DNA of 64,000 nucleotides from a virus (Duplodnaviria; Caudoviricetes): IMG/VR virus record IMGVR_UViG_2671180037_000003, positions 2,401 to 66,400 of that record; one strand, 5' to 3'. Shown piece by piece: positions 45,812 to 54,426 of this stretch (position 1 is its first letter; each line of letters starts with the position of its first letter). The notes under the pieces were generated by a model. It saw only the letters and a program-made list of their open reading frames with translations, ran no database searches and was not told where the DNA came from. The position numbers and the translations under genes were made by a program.

Positions 45812-46288
45812 TCACTTACCAGGATTATGGGTATCTGTTCTGGGTATCGAGGCTTTGGGTGTCGGCCCATCAGCTTCAATTGCGTCCGAAACTTCAGACG
45901 CCGCAGAACCTGACCTCGCTATTAACGACTCTAGCCGATCGATTCTCGCCTGCGTTCGATCGATCTTGGCGCGGAAGTATGCATCTAACATAGCTCGGGC
46001 ATACGAGCCAGCGATGTAATTAGCGAGCACCGCCGACAACGTGACCATGTAGATCGCCAGGAACGCTATGTCATGCCTACTCGCCGGGCCGTCTTGAACT
46101 GCGAACTTGATCAACTGATAAGTCGGCATCAATACGGAATAGATATGGATCGCATAAAACAGGGCCTTGCCGGCCCAACTCCGGATCCGAAGCCTCTGCT
46201 CATCCGTCGCTTTAGCAAGTTCGAACACAGCAACCATCACCGAAATTACGAGGGTGATGGCCTCACCAATCCCTATGTGCAAATCCAT
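45812..46288 (-). CDS. membrane protein moron
   Basis: Three hydrophobic segments, AAGGAG RBS, antisense to the PL operon, lower GC. Confidence 0.7.
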   Translation of the reverse strand: MDLHIGIGEAITLVISVMVAVFELAKATDEQRLRIRSWAGKALFYAIHIYSVLMPTYQLIKFAVQDGPASRHDIAFLAIYMVTLSAVLANYIAGSYARAMLDAYFRAKIDRTQARIDRLESLIARSGSAASEVSDAIEADGPTPKASIPRTDTHNPGK

Positions 46289-46482
46289 TTGATACTCCTT
46301 TCAACTGTCGGCAGATAGTACCGCGCAATCGGATGACCTTATGCACATCACCGCAACTTCCCTCGCGGGTGTGCTGTCTGGTCTGCTGATCGGGGCGGTG
46401 CTGTGGATCAAGGCCCGCCGGCGCCATCACTGAAACCATTCCCATGGGCACCCGCCCGGGCAATCGACCAAGGAGAAGGACA

Positions 46483-46671
46483 ATGCTCATCCTCACCCGC
46501 CGCGTAGGCGAAACCATCCTCATCGGTGACGACATCACCATCACCGTCATGGGCATCAAGGGCAACCAGGTGCGTATCGGCATCAACGCGCCGAAGGGCG
46601 TGGACATCGCCCGCGACGACATGATCAAAGGCCGCTCGCTCCCGGTCGAAGAGCCGGCCGAGCTGCCGTAA
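46483..46671 (+). CDS. csrA: carbon storage regulator CsrA/RsmA homologue
   Basis: [41 protein letters not shown]. Confidence 0.93.
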   Translation: MLILTRRVGETILIGDDITITVMGIKGNQVRIGINAPKGVDIARDDMIKGRSLPVEEPAELP

Positions 46672-46685
46672 CACACTCCTCCCTC

Positions 46686-47295
46686 CGTGCCGGTTCGGCA
46701 TGCACACGGGTTAGCGCGGCCAACATCAACCGCAGAGCAGGCGGCTCACCGCCCGGCTCAAAGCGCCCGTGTGTTCGAGTAAATCGGAAGTCTGAGGCGA
46801 CCGCTGAATGGCGGCGGCCTCGCTACCCCAGTAGCTGCGCTGGGAGACGAAAGAGCGGCCCGAGAAACCTCATGGGGCGTATCGGGGAATGATCTGAGGC
46901 GTGCCCACGTGGGCTGCAACGCAGGAAGAGGAAAGACCGCGAAAACCCCTGTGTCCGAGCAGTTGCGGACGTGTACGTAAAAGCGCGCGGTGCGGAAGTA
47001 AGCAGGGGTAACGCCCTGGTGTTTCAGATCACTCCCCGATGCTCCCCAGCATCAACCCGCAGAGCTGGCCGGCGGCCCCTTGATAGGGACCTGCGAATAA
47101 CGCGACCGGGCGCGGTGCCAGACCCCGGACATTCGACCTCGGCGAGCGGCCGCCAACCCCTCCAACGCCGCGCCCAACCGGAGATCACCCCCATGAAATA
47201 GCTCATGCGATAGCGCGTGCTCGGACATAAGGCGGCTTGTGTCGAGCTACTCACCCGAGCGGACATCCACGTCCGCGCACGCTCGGGTGTTTTAT
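46686..47295 (+). ncRNA. putative array of structured non-coding RNA modules
   Basis: Several nested inverted repeats including a 25-bp closing stem (46873-46897 / 47024-47048); no credible ORF. Confidence 0.5.
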
Positions 47296-47485
47296 CTGTG
47301 CGCGGCGGTCCGGTTGGCGCCCGGTTTGGGAATCAGCGAGCCATACGAGTCCGGCCCTGGGCATGGCAGAAAAAGGCCCAACACCCCGATCCCCATCCGC
47401 ATGCGCTCTCCCCGATCCCCATCGGGCACGTCGCCGTGCGCGCAGAGCGCAGCCGCATGCAGATCAACCCACCGAGGCAACCACC

Positions 47486-47665
47486 ATGGCACCGATCCAG
47501 ATTCGCAGCGCCGGCCGGCACGTGCTCGGCCCCAAACCTCAAACCGGCTTCTGGCAGCTCGAGCAGAGCGGCCGCGTCATCGGCTGGGCGGGCTCGTATG
47601 TCGAGGCCCTGGCCCGCCGCGAGCGCTTCGAGAAAGCCGCCAGCACCCCGGCGGTGGTGGCCTGA
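47486..47665 (+). CDS. hypothetical protein
   Basis: MAPIQIR... after GAGG RBS. Confidence 0.6.
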   Translation: MAPIQIRSAGRHVLGPKPQTGFWQLEQSGRVIGWAGSYVEALARRERFEKAASTPAVVA

Positions 47666-47666
47666 C

Positions 47667-48077
47667 ATGCTGGCCCACGACGAACCCATCTACGACCGCA
47701 TCAACACCCTCGCGAGTCGCGAGCAGGCGCGCCAGCAGCTGGCCGCCCAGGTGGCGGACTTCGAACGCAACGGCGGCCAGGTGCAACGACTGGACGGGTT
47801 CCAGGCCGCCACCCCGCCGCCGCCCACCAGCTGGAACAGCAGCATCACCCGCCAGCGCAAGATTCGGCGCCAGCACGAATTGTTGCAGCAGGTTTTGGCC
47901 GAGCAGATCCGCGAGGTGGCGATCACTGAAACCAAGATCGGTCCCTTCGTTCACACCGCCAGCGAGGTGCGGCGCAAGCTCAAGGCCCGCGGCATCAAGG
48001 TCAACACCCTGCAGATCGAACAGATCGCCGCGAAGTACCTGATCGAGCTGCGCGACGACGGGCGGGGCCGCGTATGA
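47667..48077 (+). CDS. hypothetical protein
   Basis: LAAQVADFERNGGQVQ motif common in phage early genes. Confidence 0.7.
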   Translation: MLAHDEPIYDRINTLASREQARQQLAAQVADFERNGGQVQRLDGFQAATPPPPTSWNSSITRQRKIRRQHELLQQVLAEQIREVAITETKIGPFVHTASEVRRKLKARGIKVNTLQIEQIAAKYLIELRDDGRGRV

Positions 48078-48334
48078 CCGCCAAGACCCCCGCGCAGCGC
48101 CAGGCCGAGAAGCGCGAGCGCGACCGGCAGACGGAAGAGGAACGCCTCACCCGCCTGCTCTCCCGCCGCCTGCAGATCGACCTGTTCAAACGCACCGACG
48201 CCATGCTCATCGAGATCATGGCCACCGCCCACATCGAAGAGCCGCAGGACATGCTCCAGCGCCTCATCCACGGCGCCCACCGACTCGCCCACCAGGCACC
48301 CGCGGTGTTCGCCGAGCTCGTCCGCCTGCCGTAG
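48074..48334 (+). CDS. hypothetical protein
   Basis: AKTPAQRQAEKRER; ATGA coupling. Confidence 0.7.
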   Translation: MTAKTPAQRQAEKRERDRQTEEERLTRLLSRRLQIDLFKRTDAMLIEIMATAHIEEPQDMLQRLIHGAHRLAHQAPAVFAELVRLP

Positions 48335-48524
48335 CTGTCACGGCGCCCTGTCACGAGGTGCTAATTAGCGAATTCGCGAATTGACGAAAAAGCGTTCCGG
48401 GAATAACTTTCACAGGTCGCTGCAAAATCAGCGACCTGGGATTGGTCTCCCGGAATGTACAGGCGGGGCACACAACCGCCGCGAAAGCGGTTTTTTTGTG
48501 CCCGCAAGCATGGCAATCCTGTTA

Positions 48525-48600
48525 TGGGCGGGCCGTGTGTGGGAGCCCTCGGGCTCGCCGGTTCCTGTACCCGGTAGACCAACCCGCACGGTTCCGCTCA
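48525..48600 (+). ncRNA. C4-type antisense RNA
   Basis: Cloverleaf with CCTGTAC and AGACCAA complementary to TTGGTCT...GTACAGG targets both upstream (48442-48463) and downstream (48606-48639, over the ant RBS). Confidence 0.85.
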
Positions 48601-48649
48601 CCCGATTGGTCTCGGGCGCGGATTCACGATCTGTACAGGAGTCACCGCC

Positions 48650-49282
48650 ATGTCGCATACCCAACTCGCCACCGTGGATTTTCACGGCCAAGCCCTTACC
48701 GTTATCACCGCCAATGGCCAGCGCCTGGTCGCCATGAAGCCAATCTGCGAAGGCATCGGCCTGCAGTGGGAAGCCCAGCTCAAGCGCATGAAGCGCGACG
48801 AAGTGCTCTCGACCTGCATGTCCATGGTGGACATTCAGATGCCGCCCGACGATCAGCGACGCCAGGTAACCTGCCTCCCGCTTGAGTACCTGAACGGCTG
48901 GCTGTTCGGCATCGATGTCAGCCGCTGCCGCGAGGCGATCCGCCCGACGTTGATCCAGTACAAGCGCGAGTGCTACGCGGCGCTGGCTGCGTATTGGCAG
49001 CAGGGCAAAGCCGCCGACGCGCCAGCGCCTTCCCTGCTTCGCCGCCGTTGGCTCGTGAGCTTCGACCGGAATGGAAAGGAAGTGGTCACCGCCGTTCCTC
49101 AGGACGCGTGCGTGCTCACCCTCCCTGACTTCCTGAAAGCCCTGGCCGTCGACGGGGACCTGGGCGTAACCGGCGACGAGTTGTTCGAGTTCGCCATAGC
49201 AGCACTGGCCAACCTCCGGCGCCGATCGGCTTACATGACCAAACGCCTCAGCGAACTCCAACCTGTTCAGTTGAAGCTGTGA
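48650..49282 (+). CDS. antirepressor (P22 Ant N-terminal domain)
   Basis: VDFHG..L......VAMKPICEGIGLQW..Q, LNGWLFGI...R. Confidence 0.88.
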   Translation: MSHTQLATVDFHGQALTVITANGQRLVAMKPICEGIGLQWEAQLKRMKRDEVLSTCMSMVDIQMPPDDQRRQVTCLPLEYLNGWLFGIDVSRCREAIRPTLIQYKRECYAALAAYWQQGKAADAPAPSLLRRRWLVSFDRNGKEVVTAVPQDACVLTLPDFLKALAVDGDLGVTGDELFEFAIAALANLRRRSAYMTKRLSELQPVQLKL

Positions 49283-49603
49283 TTCTGCGCCCGAAAACCT
49301 AATCCGCCAGTCATGTGAACCCGTTCACGCTTCGTAATGGCGATCTGGAACCATGCCGGCGCCGGGGTGCCCTATCAACGTCCCGCATCACGATGAGGCG
49401 GGCCGCAGTCGCAATCGGCCAGGCTGGCCGATGAGGTAAGCCCACTGCAGGAAGCGGCCGCGCCAGGCTGGCGTTGCTCCAAGGCGAGAGGGTGAGCAGA
49501 CCGGGCAGCACGCCCGGGTGTTCGAGCTCAGCGACCTAAAGCGTGCGTTACTCGCTACCCCAAACGGCGAGATAAGCAAAACAGCGCTCAGGGAACGAGA
49601 CTG

Positions 49604-49632
49604 AAAAGGAGGCCCACGGGCCTCCTTTTTTC
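49604..49632. terminator. bidirectional terminator
   Basis: AAAAGGAGGCCC-AC-GGGCCTCCTTTTTT. Confidence 0.8.
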
Positions 49633-49641
49633 GCCCTTGCA

Positions 49642-49896
49642 TCACACCTCGTCCAGCGGCACCACGCCGGTGTGCGCGGTGTACTCGCCCGCCATGCCGC
49701 GCACCCGCGCGCGCAGGTCCAGTGGGATCGACTTCAAGAAGTGCACGGCGTGCCCGGTGATGTGCCCGGCATCGTCCAGCAGCTCCTCCTCATCGACCAT
49801 CCACTCCTCGAGCTCCTCGAGGGTGATCCCCAGCTGCTCCGCCAGCTGCGCGTGGTAGCGCGCCTGGTCGCAGTCCTCAATTCGCTCATCACTCAT
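49642..49896 (-). CDS. small acidic protein
   Basis: LAEQLGITLEELEEW; GAGGTG RBS. Confidence 0.65.
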   Translation of the reverse strand: MSDERIEDCDQARYHAQLAEQLGITLEELEEWMVDEEELLDDAGHITGHAVHFLKSIPLDLRARVRGMAGEYTAHTGVVPLDEV

Positions 49897-49974
49897 CGCC
49901 GTCACCTCTTGGCCTACTCGTCTATGTATGGCCCCGGTGGCGCGCGGCAGTTCATCCGGCTCGGGCGGAGGCAC

Positions 49975-50214
49975 ATGCATCAACTGACCTTCGATGATGG
50001 GCTGGGCGATCCCTTCAGCGATCCGGAGACTTGGTGCTTCGCCACCAAAACCCCGACCGCTCTCGCATACGCCCGGTGCTTCTGGTGCGGCAGGAAGCCG
50101 TCCAGGCTGGACCCACTGCCCCCCGGCTGGTGCTGGGACACGATGGAGCCGACCAACCCCTGGCTCCTCTGCCCAAATTGGCGCAACGCCGATTGCGAGC
50201 CTTCCCGCTCATAA
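49975..50214 (+). CDS. small Cys/Trp-rich protein
   Basis: GGAGG RBS; CFWC...LC. Confidence 0.55.
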   Translation: MHQLTFDDGLGDPFSDPETWCFATKTPTALAYARCFWCGRKPSRLDPLPPGWCWDTMEPTNPWLLCPNWRNADCEPSRS

Positions 50215-50234
50215 CCCTCGCATCCGGAGTCACC

Positions 50235-51065
50235 ATGACCGCAGCCGCCAACAGCGTGCCGGGCAATCCGGCTGCGCACCGCAAAAGCCTGATCAAACTT
50301 CTCGACCAGGCTAGCCGCCGCCGGCACCTCTGGGAGGTCTTCGGCGACTTCGTGGAAATGGGCGCGCTGGCGATGTCGAACAGCGTCAACCTTACCCAGT
50401 TCGCCGAGCGCGAGGCGCGCTACCTGGCGCTGATCCAGCGCTACGAGCCCGACGAGCAGAAGCTGTTCCCGAAGATGCTCGGCGAACTGGTACTGGCGAT
50501 AGAGTACGGCCCGGACGACGTGCTCGGGCGTGTGTTCGGTGAACTGGACCTGGGCAACGCCGCCCGCGGCCAGTTCTTCACCCCGTATGAAGTCTGTGTG
50601 GCGATGGCCCGGCTCCAGGTGGGCGACGGCGCCGACCTGCGCCAGCGCATCCAGCAGCGCGGCTTCATCCGCCTGAACGAGCCAGCCGCCGGCGCCGGCG
50701 CGCTGGTGATCGCCATGGCCGAGGCCATGCAGCACCAGCACATCAACTACCAGCAGCACCTGCACGTCATCGCGCAGGACGTCGACTCACGCGCCGTGCA
50801 CATGGCCTACCTGCAGCTCAGCCTGCTGCACATCCCGGCCGTGGTTATCCTCGGCAACACCCTGGCCCTGGAAGAGCGCGAGCACTGGTACACGCCGGCC
50901 CACATCCTCGGGCTATGGGGGCCAAAGCTCCGTCGCGGCTACGCCCTGGGCAGCGCCATGGATGAGCGCCAGGACGAACCGGCGCCCCCGCCCGAGCCGG
51001 AGCCAGCCCCTCCCTATATTCCCCAGCCTCTGCCCGCCACCGGCGCGCAGATGGCTCTGTTCTGA
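50235..51065 (+). CDS. N6-adenine methylase-like protein (HsdM-like, no NPPY motif seen)
   Basis: GQFFTPY, EPAAGAG, QDVD, GNTL. Confidence 0.8.
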   Translation: MTAAANSVPGNPAAHRKSLIKLLDQASRRRHLWEVFGDFVEMGALAMSNSVNLTQFAEREARYLALIQRYEPDEQKLFPKMLGELVLAIEYGPDDVLGRVFGELDLGNAARGQFFTPYEVCVAMARLQVGDGADLRQRIQQRGFIRLNEPAAGAGALVIAMAEAMQHQHINYQQHLHVIAQDVDSRAVHMAYLQLSLLHIPAVVILGNTLALEEREHWYTPAHILGLWGPKLRRGYALGSAMDERQDEPAPPPEPEPAPPYIPQPLPATGAQMALF

Positions 51066-51072
51066 GGTGCGC

Positions 51073-52221
51073 ATGCCACCGACCCACCAGATACTCATCG
51101 GTGACGCTCTTGAGCAGCTCCGCACTCTGCCGGCGCAATCGGTGCACACCTGCGTCACCAGCCCGCCCTACTACTGCCTGCGCGACTATGGCGTCAACGG
51201 GCAGATCGGCCTCGAGCAGACGCCGGCGGAGTTCATCGATCGGCTCGTGGCTGTGTTCGCCGAGGTGCGCCGTGTGCTGCGCGACGATGGCACCTGCTGG
51301 GTGAACATGGGCGACAGCTATGCCAGCAACGCTGGAGGCTATTCCGACACCGGAAGCCGAGGAGTCAGCTCAAGCCAGCGGATCGGCGCAGGCACTATGG
51401 CAGCTGTAGTGCAGAACAGGAGGCGGGTTCCGTCTTCTGGATTGAAGACCAAGGACCTCATGGGCATGCCCTGGCGCCTGGCCTTCGCCCTGCAGGACGA
51501 CGGTTGGTACCTGCGCCAAGACATCATCTGGCACAAGCCAAACCCCATGCCCGAATCGACCCGCGACCGCTGCACCAAGGCGCACGAATACCTGTTCCTG
51601 CTCAGCAAGAGTCGACGGTACTACTACGACTCGGATGCGATCCGCGAGCCGGCCAACTATGGCCCGACGCCGACCGGTGTCGGGTTCGGCCATGGCACAG
51701 ATGCTGATAACCGCGGCCGAGGACGCATCTCGGTTCCGAAAGGCTGGGACACCAGCACAGGGGATGGCGGCCACGGCAGCTATCACAAGGACGGCGCGGC
51801 CAGGGCGGCAAGGGACAGCTTCAAGCGCGAAGGGTCGAAGCGCGAGCAGATCATCCCCGGCCAGAACAAGGGAACCCATCGTCCAGATAGGGCCGAGAGC
51901 ACCCACAACCTACTAACGCGGAACAAGCGCAGCGTCTGGACGGTGGCAACGCACGGTTTCACGGGCGCCCACTTCGCCACCTTCCCGCCAGACCTGATCC
52001 GCCCCTGCATCCTGGCCGGTTCGCCACGCGGCGGCATGGTACTCGACCCGTTCGGCGGCGCCGGTACCACCGCCCTCGTGGCGATGCAGGAGGGCCGCCG
52101 CTCGATCCTCTGCGAACTCAACCCCGAATACGCCGCTCTCGCCCGCGCCAGGCTCGACGCCGCCTGGCTGAACGGCGACTCACAGCTCGACGTATTCCTC
52201 GATCAGGAACCTGCGGCATGA
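51073..52221 (+). CDS. beta-class N4-C/N6-A DNA methyltransferase
   Basis: TSPPY, IIWHKPNPMPES, HFATFP, LDPFGGAGTT. Confidence 0.92.
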   Translation: MPPTHQILIGDALEQLRTLPAQSVHTCVTSPPYYCLRDYGVNGQIGLEQTPAEFIDRLVAVFAEVRRVLRDDGTCWVNMGDSYASNAGGYSDTGSRGVSSSQRIGAGTMAAVVQNRRRVPSSGLKTKDLMGMPWRLAFALQDDGWYLRQDIIWHKPNPMPESTRDRCTKAHEYLFLLSKSRRYYYDSDAIREPANYGPTPTGVGFGHGTDADNRGRGRISVPKGWDTSTGDGGHGSYHKDGAARAARDSFKREGSKREQIIPGQNKGTHRPDRAESTHNLLTRNKRSVWTVATHGFTGAHFATFPPDLIRPCILAGSPRGGMVLDPFGGAGTTALVAMQEGRRSILCELNPEYAALARARLDAAWLNGDSQLDVFLDQEPAA

Positions 52222-53192
52222 CCGAGCACAACATCATCAGCTACAGCGGCGGAAAGGACAGCACAGCCATGCTGCTGCTCGCTCTGGAGCGAGAAACTCC
52301 CAACCTGCAGGTGGTCTTCGCCGACACCGGAAACGAGCACCCGTCCACCTACGAATACGTGCGCTATGTCGAGCAAGCCACCGGCGTACCTATCCGCTGG
52401 ATCAGGGCGGACTTCACACAGCAGATCGAAGGGCGCCGGCAGATGATGCGAAACGTCATCGCTGGCACGCACAAGAATCAAGGCCGCTATGAGTGGACGC
52501 CTGCTATCGCTCATCGAGCGCTGGAGATCCTGCGGCCAACAGGTAATCCCTTCCTGGACATGTGCCTCGTACATGGGCGGTTCCCTTCCACAAAGGTGGC
52601 CTTCTGCAGCAAGGAGTTAAAGCGGGACCAGCTCACCAAACAGGTCCACCTTCCGCTGCTGGACGCAGGCGACGACGTCCAGTCCTGGCAGAGCGTCCGA
52701 TCAGACGAAGGAGGTAAGCGGCACCTGCTGACTGCCACCGAACTCTCGATGACGCGCCCGAACGGCGCCGAGCTGTGGAGCTTCCGCCCGATCCTGGCCT
52801 GGAAAGCCGAGGACTGTTTCAAGATGCACCGCAAGCATGGCCTGAAGGCGAACCCACTCTATGCCCAAGGCATGAAGCGTGTCGGCTGCATGCCTTGCAT
52901 CAACGCTGGAAAGGACGAGCTGCTGGAGATCAGCAAGCGCTTCCCGGAGGAGTTGAAGCGCATCGCCGAATGGGAGCGAATCGTCTCGCTGGTCAGCAAG
53001 ACCAACGTTGGCACGTTCTTCCCTGCCTCGGACCTGGGTGCGACCTCAGCAGCAGACGCCGGAACCCTTACCCATGGGATCAACGCCCGGGTGGAGTGGG
53101 CAAAGACATCCCGCGGCGGCCGGCAGTACGACATGTTGCGCGTGGACAGCCCGGTAGAGCTTTGCACTTCGATTTACGGGCTGTGTGAGTGA
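52218..53192 (+). CDS. PAPS-reductase family protein
   Basis: [10 protein letters not shown]-loop, [22 protein letters not shown]. Confidence 0.9.
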   Translation: MTEHNIISYSGGKDSTAMLLLALERETPNLQVVFADTGNEHPSTYEYVRYVEQATGVPIRWIRADFTQQIEGRRQMMRNVIAGTHKNQGRYEWTPAIAHRALEILRPTGNPFLDMCLVHGRFPSTKVAFCSKELKRDQLTKQVHLPLLDAGDDVQSWQSVRSDEGGKRHLLTATELSMTRPNGAELWSFRPILAWKAEDCFKMHRKHGLKANPLYAQGMKRVGCMPCINAGKDELLEISKRFPEELKRIAEWERIVSLVSKTNVGTFFPASDLGATSAADAGTLTHGINARVEWAKTSRGGRQYDMLRVDSPVELCTSIYGLCE

Positions 53193-53204
53193 AGGGGATT
53201 CTGC

Positions 53205-54251
53205 ATGCACGCCGCCTACTACAACGAACACGAACCCTACGCCGCGCAGTGGCTCCGCAACCTCATCGAGGCGGGCCACATCGCGCCCGGTGATGTCGAT
53301 GAACGCTCGATCGAGGATGTGCACCCTGATGATCTCAAGCCCTACACCCAGTGCCACTTCTTCGCCGGCATCGGCGTTTGGTCCCTCGCCCTTCGCCGCG
53401 CCGGCTGGCCAGATGATCGACCTGTTTGGACCGGTTCCTGTCCGTGCCAACCTTTCTCCACGGCAGGCGAAGGAGCTGGGTTTGATGACCCGCGCCATCT
53501 TTGGCCAGCGTTCGGTTGGCTCATCGGCAAGCGGCGTCCTCCAGTCGTTCTTGGAGAACAGGTTGCGAGCAAGGACGCAGAACCTTGGCTCGACCTTGTA
53601 CAAGCTGACGTGGAAGCCATGGGCTACGCCTTCGGGGCCATCCCGTTCCCGTCTTCGAGCGTCGGTGCTCCGCACATCCGGGACCGCCTGTTCTGGGTGG
53701 CCGACGCCGACAGCGGCGTTGGCCGACAAGGGCGTGCGCACGCTGGAAGGCGGGCTGCTGGAAGCCATGCGAAATCATGGTCCGGACTTGGCAGCTGCCG
53801 TGTGCCTGGCAGGATGGCCGACACCCCTTGCGCTAGACCACAACGCCAGCGCGGGCTCCGGACTGAGCTATCGGGATGTGCCGAGAGCTGCATCCCTTGC
53901 CGGCTGGCCAACTCCGATGGCGGGCACACCAGCGCAGCGCGGAAACAACATGGCCGGCAACTCGGACTTCACACGCAAGACCGAAGCGATATGCGGTCGG
54001 GCGATCAAGGGGCATGGCCTGAATCTGTCGTCGAACTGGTGCGGGCCAGCCCGGTTAACGGCCTCTGGGCAGATGCTGACTGGCTCTTCTGCCGGGATGG
54101 AAAGTGGCGGCCAGTTGAACCCGGCACATTCCCGCTGGCTGATGGGGCTCCCGCCCGAGTGGGACGACTGCGCGCCTACGGAAACGCCATCAATGCTGAA
54201 GCGGCAACGCAGTTCATAGCCGCGTACATGGAGTGCTATCCCGCAGTTTGA
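53205..54251 (+). CDS. C5-cytosine DNA methyltransferase (alpha frame)
   Basis: [39 protein letters not shown]. Confidence 0.9.
   Translation: MHAAYYNEHEPYAAQWLRNLIEAGHIAPGDVDERSIEDVHPDDLKPYTQCHFFAGIGVWSLALRRAGWPDDRPVWTGSCPCQPFSTAGEGAGFDDPRHLWPAFGWLIGKRRPPVVLGEQVASKDAEPWLDLVQADVEAMGYAFGAIPFPSSSVGAPHIRDRLFWVADADSGVGRQGRAHAGRRAAGSHAKSWSGLGSCRVPGRMADTPCARPQRQRGLRTELSGCAESCIPCRLANSDGGHTSAARKQHGRQLGLHTQDRSDMRSGDQGAWPESVVELVRASPVNGLWADADWLFCRDGKWRPVEPGTFPLADGAPARVGRLRAYGNAINAEAATQFIAAYMECYPAV
53413..54219 (+). CDS. nested alternative-frame polypeptide (putative methyltransferase beta subunit; start uncertain)
   Basis: +1 frame open 53185-54219 with three GWPTP repeats and motif IX-like [16 protein letters not shown]. 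Confidence 0.7.
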   Translation: MIDLFGPVPVRANLSPRQAKELGLMTRAIFGQRSVGSSASGVLQSFLENRLRARTQNLGSTLYKLTWKPWATPSGPSRSRLRASVLRTSGTACSGWPTPTAALADKGVRTLEGGLLEAMRNHGPDLAAAVCLAGWPTPLALDHNASAGSGLSYRDVPRAASLAGWPTPMAGTPAQRGNNMAGNSDFTRKTEAICGRAIKGHGLNLSSNWCGPARLTASGQMLTGSSAGMESGGQLNPAHSRWLMGLPPEWDDCAPTETPSMLKRQRSS

Positions 54252-54426
54252 CTGTCGTCGCTCATGGCGTTCAGCTTCAATCGCCGGTGCACCACACGGT
54301 GGCAGTGATTGCCCGAGCGAGTGATCGGTGGAAGGAGGAATGGCAGCGACGGGCGACATGATTGGATGCAACGATGCAGTCGGGTTAATCTTCTAAGGCT
54401 TTTCAACGGCAAAGGCGCATCTAACA

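Noticed and set aside
46790-46856. Hammerhead ribozyme (CTGA...GAAA)
   Set aside because: Core reads CTGAGGC, not CUGANGA, and stems I/III could not be built
47071-47158. tRNA gene
   Set aside because: Has a 7-bp closing stem and a TTCGA, but no canonical D-arm, T-arm geometry or CCA placement; kept only as a structured module
48442-48885. Ash-like 147-aa ORF
   Set aside because: Overlaps the C4 RNA and ant; its sequence features are explained by the RNA elements
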